A DNA stretch of 63,714 nucleotides, counting the filler, from Rhabdomonas costata (Eukaryota): NCBI GenBank assembly GCA_019059605.1. It is 23 parts of 23 records of this genome, joined end to end, with 100 filler letters (N's around TTAATTAATTAA, not from the genome) between each part and the next. Parts side by side here need not be neighbours in the genome. Positions count along the whole stretch, not along the records: positions 1 to 2,678 come from JAHMHO010002391.1; positions 2,779 to 5,453 come from JAHMHO010002392.1; positions 5,554 to 8,227 come from JAHMHO010002393.1; positions 8,328 to 11,000 come from JAHMHO010002394.1; positions 11,101 to 13,769 come from JAHMHO010002395.1; 18 more parts are not named here. The stretch is one strand, 5' to 3'. This document shows, piece by piece, positions 1 to 12,753 of the stretch. Each line of letters starts with the position of its first letter. Position 1 is the stretch's first letter. Under the pieces are notes generated by a model. That model saw only the letters and a program-made list of their open reading frames with translations. It did no database searches and had not been told where the DNA came from. Position numbers and translations under genes: made by a program.

Positions 1-1068
1 TTGTTGTTGTGGGAGGGTGGGCACTTGACTGAATGCACAGCGAGTGAGAGTTCTCGACTAAGCCTTGGCGAGGGTTTTTTTGGTGTGCCTCTGTGGGGAT
101 ACCCAGGTCGGAAGCTCGAAGTACGGGGCGATCAAAGTGGCCAAGGACAACCTTCTGGAACGACCGGCTGCGCGCCGGCGAAACCAGAAAATGTGAGGCC
201 CGTCTTGGAAACTCCCCCCCCGCCTTCCCCGTGGGCTATGCTGCGGGGACTACAGACTTTGCTGGAGGGCTGTACTTTAGTGCGAGTTCTGCGAAAGGAC
301 GCTATGTTGCCTGCGCTCTTGCCTGCCTTTGGAAACTGGTGCTGGCAGTCGTAACCCTTTCCCCTGCCCTCCAACCGCTAATCCGTCTTGGTGTGGTCAA
401 AGCAAAGTCTGTCTCGAGGTTTTATCTCAAAAACCAAATAAGAATTTAACTTCAAGGTTCACCTCTCGTTCAGTTTATCTCACCTTTTTTCATCACAGGG
501 TTGACGTATGTTTCAAGTTGTGAGACTGCGTTGGCTGGACTTATCCTTGCCTTATCTTCAGCGCAGTGCGCAGCTCACCTGTGCGCATCCGCTGTCCTGT
601 TCCCATGTATTGCGTGTGATAATCATCAGCAAAGTACTTTTTGTGTGGCCACTAAAGCCGCCAGCCTTCAGCTGGTGGAGATTGTTGTCGTCTTCGAGGC
701 CATCCTCGAAACCGGGTGACCGCTCAGTGGTGACTTTTGACATTACTACGATACAGACGTTCATCTGGGTGTAGTGGCGACTGCAGAGTTAATGTTCAAT
801 CTGTCCAATCTGAAATAGACAAAATGGACAGCTTCTTCAGTTCTTCAAAAGTGCAGTGCCTTCTGCAGGGGGAGGTGGGCGCCCGTGGTATGACTGTGCG
901 TCGTGTCCCCTTCCTCACGCAGATTGCTTTTTATCATTTTTCTGATATCAGTTCGTTTGTGCCAATATTTGGGATCCCGTTTTCCAATTCTTCGTTCGGG
1001 TTCGATCGAAACACTGCAGTCTCACTCAAACCCACTCATCTCCTCCACCACTCCCACTATTACGACCA

Positions 1069-2449
1069 ATGGACATGCATCCTTCCCGAGCCCACCCTGT
1101 CCCGACCCTTGCCCCTGTACTCCCGGACACCTGCAGTGCGACCTGGTTTCGCTGGGGAGCCCATGACTCCAGCGGTGGCAGCAGCGCCAGCACCACCAAC
1201 GAGCTGTTCTTTATCTTTATGTCCCTGATGATCGGTGTGCTGTCTCGGCGGTACCTGGCCCGCCTGGGGGTCCCCTACAGTGTGCTGGTGTATTGTTACG
1301 GCATCGCCCTGGGGCAGATTGGGATTCTATCCTCAGAGTTTGAGGCCACGGTGGGGATGGGCATCTACCGGATTGACCCCAACCTGACCATGGCCCTGTT
1401 CCTGCCTCTGCTGATTTTCGAGGTCTGCCCCCCCACACACACACACACGCTTGCACACAAACGCACATTTGCGATTTGTGACTTGCTTCTAACATATCGT
1501 GTTCTGCGAATTCTGCAGGATGTTGCGTTGATTACAAGGACCCTTCATTACATCTTCCAGGACAAGCATGGTCTCCCCAGCTGCCTGACACCATTGTGTG
1601 CATGAAGGGGAATGTGTCAACTTTAAACGAATTGGGATGAAGATGGCTTTGTGAACGACGTTAACTGAGTATATTTCCTTCTCCCTTCTCCCTTGCCCCT
1701 TTCCTTTTGTTTCCCTCTCATGTTTTGGACAGGCGGCGTTCAACATCCCGTTGCATGTCTTCAAGAGGGTCTTCACCCACAGTGTGGTGCTGGCTGTTCC
1801 CGGGGTTCTGGTTAACGTGGCGCTTCTGGGCCTCACCTTGGGCTCTATGTACAAAAGCTGGCGGTGGATCAAGGCCTTAACGTTTGCGTGCATCGTCTCC
1901 ACCACAGGTGCGGTCAGGAGGGTCTGAAAGAGGCCAGTAAGCATTTGATGGGCTGGTGGGCTTCGCAGGGCTTGCATGCGTACATCTTTGTGCGGTGAAT
2001 GCTTTTTTGGTTGCTCTGTAATTTTCGTTTGCTGTCGCTTCCAATTTATGGTCATAAATTTTCCCTCATCGTGTGTTCGTAGTAACGCGCAAAAGTTGTG
2101 AGGCCTAAAAGTACGCACGCTGATGCCCGACCCATGATGAAACCGCGAGCTGCAACCATTATTACTGGAGGATAAAAAGCTCGTAAAGAGGATGTCGCCA
2201 ACATGTCTCGTGTCTTTTCTTTCTCGTAGAGGTGGCCAGAGAGCTTCAATAAGAAGTAATGGCGGAAAGAAACTTGCCCACATTAATGATATGCATCTGA
2301 AACCCGACTTGTTCGTATCCTGCGTGCTGTCTGGCATCCGCCCTGCCCATTAGTTCATCACGGCTCATGATGTAAGTAGCATATCTGATGTGGTACCATC
2401 CACTTCCGCGGATGAAAGGGATCAGAATGCCGGAATGCGAGGATTCTCA

Positions 2450-2483
<34 letters not shown>

Positions 2484-2678
2484 CTCCCTCTATCAGATCC
2501 TGTGGCTGTGGTTGGGGTCCTGCGAGAGCAGGGTGTGTCGCAGACCATCGCCACCATGATTGAGGGGGAGAGTCTGTTGAACGACGCCTCCGCGATTGCG
2601 TTGTTCATGGTGCTGAAGAAGGACCTCTCAACGAACGTGCTGGAGTGCCCGTGGTGCACTCACTATAACCCCCCCACA
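1069..2678 (+). CDS. CPA1-family Na+/H+ antiporter (NhaP/SOS1-like), partial; exons ~1069/1137-1422, 1733-1907, 2497-~2650
   Basis: GT-AG introns are phase-consistent. The spliced product reads ...VPYSVLV...IDPNLTMALFLPLLIFE|AAFNIPLHVFKR...LAVPGV...IVSTT|DPVAVVGVLR...IEGESLLNDASAI, with the CPA1 motifs FLPxLxFE, TDPVAV and GESLLND. The 5' boundary is uncertain. Confidence 0.92.
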
Positions 2679-2778
2679 NNNNNNNNNNNNNNNNNNNNNN
2701 NNNNNNNNNNNNNNNNNNNNNNTTAATTAATTAANNNNNNNNNNNNNNNNNNNNNNNNNNNNNNNNNNNNNNNNNNNN
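2679..2778. other. Artificial contig-joining spacer (N44-TTAATTAATTAA-N44); first of 22 copies, which split the window into 23 contigs
   Basis: Identical 100-nt spacer with stop codons in all six frames. Copies start at 2679, 5454, 8228, 11001, 13770, 16556, 19329, 22132, 24905, 27677, 30447, 33221, 35992, 38763, 41551, 44324, 47096, 49867, 52638, 55408, 58177 and 60946. Contig lengths are nearly constant, as expected for length-sorted scaffolds. Confidence 0.98.
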
Positions 2779-4149
2779 GGGGTTGAAGCATAAAATTGGC
2801 AAATTACGTCAGCACAAGACACAGGACACAGAACCAGAGCAAAGAGGAAAACATCATGAGCGCAGAAAATCAGAGGAGATTTAGGGATGGTGCAGGAATA
2901 GCGCATGGCCGCACCTCACAAAGCGGTGCCCCGAGACCTCTGGGTCGGATATTCTCCTCAGCACTGCCGCACATCCAGAGGGGAGCCCGGGGATTGTCCA
3001 GGCCCCCTGCGCTGTCACGGCAAGCGAATTCGCTTTCACAAGTGGAGCAGCTTCTGGAATAATGGGGAACGAGGGCTGACTCACCGAGCTCACCGGGTGC
3101 TTCAAAGTACCGCGTCCCAAGGAGATATTCGCTATCGGTGACAGCGGAGTCGGACTGACCGTAAAAGCGGGTGGTGACACAGAAGAGACCGGGGAAAGCG
3201 CTGCCACAGCCCCATGAGATACTTCAGCTGCAGGACCGGAAGTAATCAAGCCCTGGGAGCGGCGGTGAGAGGCCCACTCCCGGAACAGCACCAGCGACAG
3301 GAGAGTTACTAGGAGCCCACACAGTGTCCACAGAATGGGTTTCGCGGGAATCGCCGTCATTGCAGGCAGCAAGTAATCAAGAGCCGCTTTCTATCGAAGA
3401 AGGGCCGGGCGAACAGGGTCTCATTGGTGGGAGATGAGACACGAGGAAGGAGAAAGGCCATCAAGAGGAGCTTGAACTCAGGCTGTGGAGAAGACTGAGA
3501 AGAAATGACGTCACAGCAACATAAAGTTGGTAAAAAAAGAAGCTTCCGGGAATGCGAGGCATGGATCTTATGAAGAACTTCCGCTCCGTAAAGATAAACT
3601 CTCCAGCAGATCCAGCATATATATAGGGAACATATGGCCCGGGCTATGCCAAACTTGAGAAGCGAGACTTATGTCGCCCGAACATTAGAATAACATGGGC
3701 TCATACCAGAACCTGAACTTAGCAGCTTCCAATACACACGAACCACCTATACCAACACAGTTTCCATAGGGAGACTATTTTACTGCCTCAAAAACTGCTG
3801 CGAGTCCAAAATGTAACATTTCGGTAACGCTTTTTCCACCTCTCACTTTTGAGGTGGCACGGGAAATATTCAGAACAATAAGTGGCAGAAGACATCGTGT
3901 GGGTGGTATTTTCGGAGGAGTTTGAACAAGTATTGGGCAAAACGTCACCCACCGAGAAGCATTCCCGTCAACATTAAATTGACCAATCCTCAAGAGTTGG
4001 ACTCCATTCCGAGGGTACGCATATTCATTTACCCCATCCCCCGAACATAGTTCACTTCTAATCGTTTACGACATAGACTACTTCAGGAATGGAGTGCATA
4101 ATGGAGCCCGTGCAAAAATCTGAAGGGCAGAGGAGTGCAGGATGGGTGT

Positions 4150-4900
4150 GAAACAGAAGGGCCTGAACAAAAGAAACATCTCAAGTGCAGCCCACGTACA
4201 CTTGTTACTGAGAGCAAACAACTAGAAAAGCACCCACCGTAGGCATGGAGAGCTGAGAACAGGGAGGTCACGCCCCATTCGAACGGTGTCGACAGACGAG
4301 AAGACTCTCCGAAAAAAACGTCCATGTGGGGGGCTGCGCGCGACCCATAGGGCAGGTAACGGTGGGCCTCGGAGTATTCCTCCTTGGGTGTTTCCAGTTA
4401 AAGCCCTCAACTGAATGCTGCGATTAGGAAAGTACTCCCTACATGCCTCACCTCACATGGCTTCACCCCTGAACATACAAAACCCTCTTCACGATGGCTC
4501 GAGTAAGGTTCTTGTCCTGCAAAGCGCGCAGCACAAGCTCCGTGCCTGGGTCTCGGCGTGCGGGTCCGGAGCGAGGGGGGCTCGGCTTGGATCCCGCGTT
4601 GCGGCCTGGACCACACACTACGAAGCGCTCGTGGCGGGGCGACTCAAATATGCGCCGGGAAAACACTACCATTCCTGAGAACGATGCACACAGGACAGAA
4701 ATCAATTCAAATTGTCAGTTGCTTCCCTACCTCCTACCACTTCCTACTACTGTGCTGCCATATCCACATTATCATACATAAACCTCTGCATCTTCGGCTC
4801 AGCCTGTAGCCGAAGAACCCCCCAGCAGCAGCACAAGGCAGCGGTAGAAGTTGGCAGGAGTCGGAAATTGGATGTGTTAGTGATTGGCGTTGGGTTGTCT
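4150..4900 (-). mobile_element. Possible highly decayed tyrosine-recombinase (DIRS/Ngaro-like) retroelement remnant
   Basis: Stop-interrupted minus-strand segments resemble RNase H (..RFMYDNVDMAAQ) and a recombinase N-terminal region (FFRRVFSS..RDLPVLSSPCLRWVL..TWAALEMFLLFRP). No exon-like splice structure. Motif recall only. Confidence 0.25.
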
Positions 4901-5686
4901 TCGTCGTTGCTTGCGCTGATCTTACCCGACCCCGTTGCTGTGGATATTTGCGGTGGGGTACACTCCGTAGTTGGGTAAAAGGGATAGACGGCAACCGCAC
5001 ACAACGAGACGACTCTACGCTCCCCAAAAAACACCCGGAATTAGAGATTGATTCTAACACCCTCCGCTGCGGAGGCATTAGCGGATGTTCGGCAAAGGGT
5101 TTGTTGGGGCGGGGGCGGTTTTTTCCAGGATCATTGGTCGAGGGAAAAGCGTGCATTTGCAGCAGATGCCAAGCGGACGCAGCATGGAGAGAGTCATCCA
5201 AACTCCGAATTTCTTACATCTCCGACTTTATCGGCGATTCCTTTTACTGCGTGAATAGTGCACCGCCTCCTGCCTAGTTCAGCTGTCCCGTCGCTCGTCC
5301 TTTGTGCAGATCTGACTGTACAACTTTTCCATTGTACCAGTCCTACCTTTTGGGAATGTCTCACACTCTGGGGCAACAAAAAGTTAGTAGCCCCCTTCCT
5401 TTCGCCGGTTTCGAATCTTGCTTGGCACCTTCGTATAGATGCCCACACCACAANNNNNNNNNNNNNNNNNNNNNNNNNNNNNNNNNNNNNNNNNNNNTTA
5501 ATTAATTAANNNNNNNNNNNNNNNNNNNNNNNNNNNNNNNNNNNNNNNNNNNNGTTGGAATGGGGACCCAACCTCAGCCCCATCGGTCTGCAAGTGGGGT
5601 GATCACATTTCTCCACCGGCAGATGAAACGTCTCTGAGAACAAGCCACACAAAAAGCGAACCAAAGACGTAAGGAGAGCAAGCAAC

Positions 5687-7164
5687 CTCTCCGATCACCA
5701 GGGCCTTGCAGTCCAGAATGATGTCCACGCCACCAAGCATTTCCAAGTACTTCCGGGTGGTAAACTTGTGGCCCCCTCCAGTGACCACGGGGACCAAGGG
5801 GTCGCACAGCATGACCGTGTAGACGCGGTCGCCAGGGCGTAGGGCCTTCTTCCGGGTCAGAAGGTACTCGATCTTGGTACGGGCCTGGGTCACCTCCTGC
5901 ACAACAGCAATGGGGGGGGGGATTACGAGAGAGTTGGGTATCAATGAAACTCATGTTTCGCCACTTTGTCCTCTTCTCCTCATTACATTAGAAACTTGTC
6001 CTTTGTGTGGAACCCTGGAACCCTCTCCCAACCCATCCCACAGACACGTTTCTGCGGACTATATAAGCCGCCACGGCACCTGGCCCATCTCTGGTTGTGA
6101 GACGAGTGTCTGTTCCTGTCTTCTCTAGGGCAAACCAAATTTCTCGAAGCAAAGTCTCTATAAGTGCCAACAAACGAGGGCGAGCCGCACTCTGCTGATC
6201 ATTGTGAGACAGCCTACACACAGCCTACAGCCCACATTGCCTGAGAAGTGAAGTAAGTTTTCCCTCGTCTCGCTTCGCCATTGCGGTCTTGCCTGAGATC
6301 GAGCAAAAGGTTGTGAACAATGAATTCGAACAGGGATGAATGAAGCTACACAAAAACGGATACACAAAAACATATAGAACCTGCTCGACTCATGTCCTAA
6401 CTATGACACATGGTATTGCTTGTGACGCCGCACCTCTTACATCTCTTTGCAGTGCATGACACACATAAATGGCTATAATAACGCTTTGGGCAGTTGCATC
6501 TCATACATACTCCTGAGTTTACCAAGTCTCGCAGTCTCTGACTGCGTCCCTGCGCCCATTTACGTCATCTTGAAGGATTTTAGGGTCCTTTCGGCCTTGA
6601 GCATCGGACCAGATCACCACATGCATTAAAAACGCGAAATTTTTTATTGATCATCGCTCGGTCTGTGGCTTGACTCCGCTTTCTACAGCGCCTTCCACTC
6701 ATGCCCCCTGCATCCCCCCGCCACACCTGGAGCGTGAGGTCGTTCTGGGCGTTTTCTCCCCTCAGGAACACGCTGAACTCCACCGACGCGTCGGCCTCGA
6801 TCAGCATCACCCTGGACCCGTCCTGGCACCGCAGCATCCAGTCCCGACTCACACGGAACCCCCGCCACGACCGGGTGTCCCCGTACGACCCGTCCCGCAC
6901 GTGCCACGCCATCGGGATATTCAACTTGGTGTGCTCCACCAACTCTTCCTGGAAAGCCTCCACCTCCTCAAACACGGGCACGATGTGCCCAGGCTCGCCG
7001 TAGTCCAGAGAGAGCTTGGTGACGTTGCTAGAGCGCCCCACCAGCCGGACGACCCGCTCGGAGACTCCAATGCAGAGGAGCTTCTCGCGGCCGTTGCGGA
7101 CGTCCCGGGTGAACCGCCGCACGGCGGTGACGAACTCCAGCACCACCACGGCACCGGCGTAGAC
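5687..7164 (-). CDS. Hypothetical protein, two internal exons (7164-6727 and 5896-5687)
   Basis: GC3-rich exons of 438 and 210 nt bounded by AG/GT, both phase 0: VYAGAVVVLEFVTAVRR...NDLTLQ|EVTQARTKIEYLL...DCKALVIGE. No family recognised. Confidence 0.7.
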
Positions 7165-7652
7165 CTGAGAGGAGGGAGAGAGGCCATGTCTTTGGGGTGC
7201 CTGCTGACAGCGGATGTTAGCAAAGTAGTAGTTAGTTCACCTCGAAGCAGAGAATTTTCGAACATACACTTTCAGAATATGCTTGGGTATAAATAGGCCT
7301 TTGGGGTCAAGGCAATTGGGATGGTGGGCATCACCATCGTGTCTTCGAAATACGTGACTCGTTCGGAAGAAACCGTTCATATCGTTGCCCCTGGACCAAC
7401 AGCTATATGAAATGGAAAATGGGTTCGGGTCCAGTAGCAGTGATTAGTTTTGTTCAATGGGTTCAACTCCTACTCTTCTTGTGTGCTTGTCTACTCCACC
7501 CTGACGTACATCTGCGAGCAAGAGAAGGGCGAGTATGAGGGTGTGTGTGATGCTTGGGTCACGTGATTGAAAAAGCAAGGGCTCACGCCAATCACGATGC
7601 ATTTTTTTTTTGGATTTCAGCTTTCTGAAAGGGAGTGACGAGTGAGCGGCCG

Positions 7653-8227
7653 CTAAACCTGAAGCGCCAAGCGGGCAACGCCGTGCACGCGCTGTAGCAC
7701 AGTGGTAACCAGCTCGTCGACGTTGGGGACCTTCCAGCTTAACCACCCAGTATTGACCTTCACGTCCACTGGCCGCGACGCCAGCTGCCTCTGTAGCGCC
7801 CGCAGTGAAACCAGCGAGACCACACAGATCACAACCCGGGGCGGGGATAGAATCCCCAGCACCGCCTCCCGGGCCAACCTGAGGATGCAACCCCACGAAA
7901 GTGCTACCCAATATGTGATGGAGAAGCCAAAAGCAATAGCCTGAACCACAGGTCCAAGACCGCCGAAACCAATCTGTCCAAAATGAGAATCATTATTTGC
8001 CAAGACAAGTAGCTTGACATTGAACGACTCCGTCATGAACAGTGGAGCCGGACGTGAACATGGGGTGACAGTGATGCAGTACAGGCTGAAAGCGACCAAG
8101 AGCCAGTTGTCGAGCTCCTTTCGGCGTTGGTGTTTTTTGTAAAGTATGTTGTGGGTGCTGTCGCAAACCCTTCGCCGTGTGGTCAAGAAGCTGCGCAAAA
8201 GGAATATGAAAGAGCCGCCAAACCACA
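7653..8227 (-). mobile_element. Decayed non-LTR (LINE-like) retrotransposon C-terminal fragment; partly repeated at 45510-45639
   Basis: 8102-8221 is clearly homologous to 45510-45639 on another contig. The frameshifted translation HNxLYxxLPT..R....HCHPMFTSGSTVHDGVVQC resembles the zf-RVT region of LINE ORF2. Confidence 0.45.
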
Positions 8228-8420
8228 NNNNNNNNNNNNNNNNNNNNNNNNNNNNNNNNNNNNNNNNNNNNTTAATTAATTAANNNNNNNNNNNNNNNNN
8301 NNNNNNNNNNNNNNNNNNNNNNNNNNNCAATTCCTCCTCATTTGAGGCCGGGAACATGAATGAGGAGGGGGGGCAAGTGTGGTTGTGCCAAGTGATTCAT
8401 CCACGGTTATTTTGGCGCAG

Positions 8421-10347
8421 GACTTCTTCCAGCTTCCACCGATTGCCGACCAGACCCTCAGGCGGGTCTCCAAGCCCTCCCGCAATCGCCGTGATGATGG
8501 TGGTGATGGCAGCACCAATAACAGCAGCTTAAGCGACACCTCTACACAGCGCGTTTTCTTGCAACAGCTTCGGCAGGAGCAGGCTCTGCGGGTACAGGCC
8601 TCCACCGGGGCAGCGTCGACTCCCTTTGTTGGCGAAGCCACCTCCCGTGAGCCTCCTCTCTGTCCTCCGCACCGGTTTCTTCGTTCGTTCGTCGTGATGC
8701 GAGAACGAAACCCATTTATCGAAAGATGTATTGCAATCTTGAGCCCATGGAATAATGCTAAGTCGGTAACCACTCAGCCAGAGTTTTTTCCTGGGCACGT
8801 ATGCCGTTGGGCTTGAATCTCAAAAGAGGTTGGAGTTGGAGTAGAGAGGGGAATAGAGAGTAGGGACGAGGGAGAGCATCAGCACAAACCAGACCCACAA
8901 AGGTTTAAATAGAAAAGCACCGTCTAGGAGCTCGGAATTTCAGTTTGGGCGAGTTTTTAGCAAAAATTTTCCACACAGCTTTTCTGCAGTCACGTTCAGG
9001 CCGATCCACAAGAGGGTTTCCTGGTTTTGGGGTTTTTGGGTGACGTCACCCATTAAAACGGTTTCAAACGAACGAATGTTGACAGGGGTGTCCTCTTACC
9101 GACGAACGCGCTTTTCCTTTTCGGCTGAACATCACCTCCACCCCAGTGGCATCCTTTCGGCCCGCATCAGCCTTTCTGGGCGACTTCTCCAGTGCCTCTG
9201 CGGGGCCATCTCTGGCTGGCCCAAGCTCTGATTCCACCCAGGACACCACCTCCGCCCCCACTCAGCCGTCACAAGATGGGGAGATTCTGCTGCCCACCGA
9301 GACTGGATTCTGCTTTAACTCTACTGCCTGGGCGGAGTGTGTGGAGGAATGTTTGCAACTGATGGAGCAGCACCGCCAGAAAGACCCTCAGTTTGTGACC
9401 CTGCTGGATGAGATTCGCATCGGGGTTGTCTCGGCCAAAACCCGGGAAGTGCTGAACAGCCGAATGCGCCCACCACCAACTTCCGGGGTTTGTATCCATC
9501 CCCCCCGCCTGCCTTTCCTTCCCAGCTCTTTGGTAATAAAGACGTACTATTCCCCCAGTCCACACGGTGGGTGGGACCTGGAGTTGCACTGTGGAGGATT
9601 GGTGGTCGCACCGGTACTGGAGGTCACATGCGAATGCATTTAATATCCACGCAGCGGCTCACGAAGTTTTTTCGAATTTTCGAATATATGACACTGGAGA
9701 GACGTGTGGTCTTGGCTAAACTGTGAAGGATAGAGTGATGGTGGCAATTCTTGGAAACAGTCCCCCCCCCCGAAACTGGCAACGCTGTATCCGTGGACAG
9801 TGTGCTGTAGCCCGGACAGGGTTGACCACGGAAAAATGCTTAAAAAGAAACATATAAGTAAAATCCAAGGTTCCCAAAAAACATATAAAAAATCGCAAAA
9901 TATTTGCTGACATTGGAAAATTGTCAGTCAAAAAGTAAAAACTCGTGTAAAGAATTTGTCCTCTGGTTGCTTCTTGAGAAAAGTCATTATTTCCCTTTCG
10001 TTTGGGGTATACTGTGTTTGCTAATGTCCTTTGCCATTGCAGCCGTACAAAAAAACTTTCCCCCCTCCCTCAAACTTTTGTTATTTTCGCGATTTGCCCA
10101 TCCACCAACGCTCGCCTTCAACATTACGGCGCTCAACTTGCACAGCCCACATATGCGACCCCATCGGGGAATCGGAGTGGAGAAGTCAGTGCGCTCTCTT
10201 TTTGTGATTCCGCTTCTGCTTTTGTGTCTGCAGGACTTACGACCCACATTGCTGTTTCCGGTGAACCGGCACGTGAATCGGGTCAACTCGGAAAACCTGG
10301 CGAGAATTCCGGAGGAGCTGGTGGAGTACACTGCCGAGGATGTTCGG
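8421..10347 (+). CDS. PIF1: PIF1-family 5'-3' DNA helicase, internal exons 8421-8646, 9147-9487, 10234-~10347
   Basis: Phase-consistent GT-AG introns. Motifs DFFQLPPI (III), FCFNSTAW, QHRQKDPQFVTLLDEIRIG (IV plus PIF1 signature) and PTLLFPVNRHVNRVNSENLARIP. Confidence 0.92.
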
Positions 10348-10512
10348 GTGTGGTGGTCTCAATCCCGATCTTTTTTCTTATCGTCTTTCTGTGTGTGTGG
10401 TTGGAAAGGAGAAACCTGCTTTCCATTGCCCACGCTCTACCACAGCACAGGGGGAGACCATCCTAGGAAACGGTAATGTGATTAAAGGGTGGACTTACTC
10501 TCTTTGCGCAGT

Positions 10513-10514
10513 GG

Positions 10515-10557
<43 letters not shown>
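10513..10557. repeat. (GGCA)n tetranucleotide microsatellite, representative of many intronic microsatellites
   Basis: Read directly. Others: (CT)n ~2453-2480; (TG)n ~14685-14711, ~20645-20672, ~41374-41398, ~56546-56564; (CA)n ~60623-60646; (CTGT/CCTG)n ~27521-27561. Confidence 0.95.
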
Positions 10558-12753
10558 CTACACTCCTCTACTTAAAGACGCCCATCCGAGACCAGCAGCA
10601 GGAACATAGGGCATAAAGACTTCAGATCGATCAGAGTACCATAGACTAATTTGTCAATTTCTAATTTGCGGCCAACCTCGGATAGAAATCCGGACTCTCA
10701 GGGAGGGAGGAAGGCCTACAACAAACTCCCGACTCTCAAGGAAGGTGACGGTGTGCCAGCATATGTATCTCTCCGTTTTCAAGAATCCCACAGCAAAGAG
10801 CAACCGGAAAAAGTCTGCTCGAAGAACCCATATTGGCCCCAGCGGCACCACCATAAATTGCCTTCAGGACAGATTGAGGTTCGAGCATGCAGGCCTTTAC
10901 CCTTATACCCTTGTATATTTTCAGCAGCCCCGGCCGAAATCTCATTTTCAGGTTGGAAAAGCGCTTGCATGTTAGCGCATAATGTGGATGCCACACAAAC
11001 NNNNNNNNNNNNNNNNNNNNNNNNNNNNNNNNNNNNNNNNNNNNTTAATTAATTAANNNNNNNNNNNNNNNNNNNNNNNNNNNNNNNNNNNNNNNNNNNN
11101 CATCGATGCACCGATCCACGTATTGCAGATGTTTACACCGGGTCAGAGTGATGGCGTGCGCTGTACAGGTGTGCAGGGAAAACCTGTAAACTAGCACCCT
11201 TTGTGCCCACAGCATCCCTCTGATAAAAGCTCCTGTGTCCACTCATTGTTTGTTCCCATCTGGGGCTGAGCTACGCATGACCTCATGTGATTATTTTGTT
11301 ATTTTTATTTTTTTTTTGAAAAATTTTAAAATCGATATTTCTTGGGATTCTTCGAATTTTGAGAGTATGATAAGAATCGGCTTTGGCGAAACGGGAGTCA
11401 ATACTCCCCTTGCCATGCTCAGCCCCCTGACCCTGAGGTTTATTAAAACTACTTCGAGAGACACAGCAGATCGGGCCCAAGAATGTCCTCCACAAAATGC
11501 CCCGACAAACTAGACAACCAAGCCCCCTCGAACAAGAGCGCGCAAAAAAACGGCACACAATTCTCCGCACCTCAATCACTATCCGGTGGAGCTTGCCCGT
11601 GTTCCCAATGCTACAGAAAAAGAGAGAAAAAAACATAGATGGGAGAACGGGGGGAACCAGTCGGAGAGTCGTGGCAGAGCAATAAACACCAGCTCCAACT
11701 TATGCAATGGGCGCGGAAGACTTTTGCGATCACCGAGATCAAATGTGTGTGGTACCTTTTTTGGTGTTATATCAACTTACTTGTTTTATTGTCGTTGGGC
11801 CCATCAGCATCAGCCGGCGGATTTGTACGGACGCTATAACACTGGAATAAAAGCTCATTCAGCCCCTTCCTTCCTCAATCTCCCCGCCGGACTTGCCAAA
11901 CTCAATTTGCGCCTTCTCATTGTAAACGGACCCTTGGAATCAGATCAATTTCTCGTCCTTCCCTTCTCGATCTCTATCTCTCCACATCAGGTTTCCTTCC
12001 GAATCATCCCAACTTCCACTCATCATCCCACCACTGGTCTTGTGCGCAGTTTTCTGAACTTATGCAAATAATGCACCTCACTGTGTGCTGCTCGCGCGCG
12101 TACTCACTTGGAACCCTGCGCGACCTGACATCGAGGAAGACCGTCGTTCGGGGGCCTGGCAAGTAGTGTCTTAAGTACTGCTTGCCGCCATCGATGCTCA
12201 GGTTGACCAGCTCACTGGAGGCAAGGTTGCCTGCGGAGACAAAGCGCCGCTGGTCCCCTTCCGTCCATGTAGCCATGCCAGCAGGCAGGGGCAGGTGGCG
12301 CGGTGTACGCCTCCCCCCAGCTGCTTCCCTTCGAACGGCTCAGAAGGTTCGGAAACTGTTCTATGATACGTTGGGCTGGCGGGAGGCAGAATCTGTCCAC
12401 ACTAGCAAAAGCACGCCCCAACACGTCAAAACACCCAAAGCAACAAAACCTTCATCCAAATGCATCAAAAAGCAGGCAGTTTATCGGTCGAAAGGTTCCT
12501 ATAGGTTCAAAAGGGGGTGGGAGGATAAAATTTCCGATGTCCAGGATCTGGCCCGCCGCGAAGCGCAGCGGAGCTGTAGAGCGAGGGCATTGGGCGTGTT
12601 TCCGAGGAGAGGGTATTGGTCTCACAGGGTTTGGTGGCGATGCACTTGCCCCAAGATCAGGTTATTTGGTCGTGCACGCAAAAAAAAAAGGACACGGGGC
12701 GGGGACCCCTGCACCCCCCCTCACCGCGCGAATGCCATTTTCGGCCTATAAAC

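Noticed and set aside
430-720. Reverse-transcriptase relic (minus strand KYFADD at ~621-640)
   Set aside because: A single short motif needing frameshifts; other RT motifs are not convincingly recoverable.
3775-3993. APE endonuclease start (LRIGQFNVDG)
   Set aside because: No downstream QET, YxP, GDFN or SDH motifs are visible.
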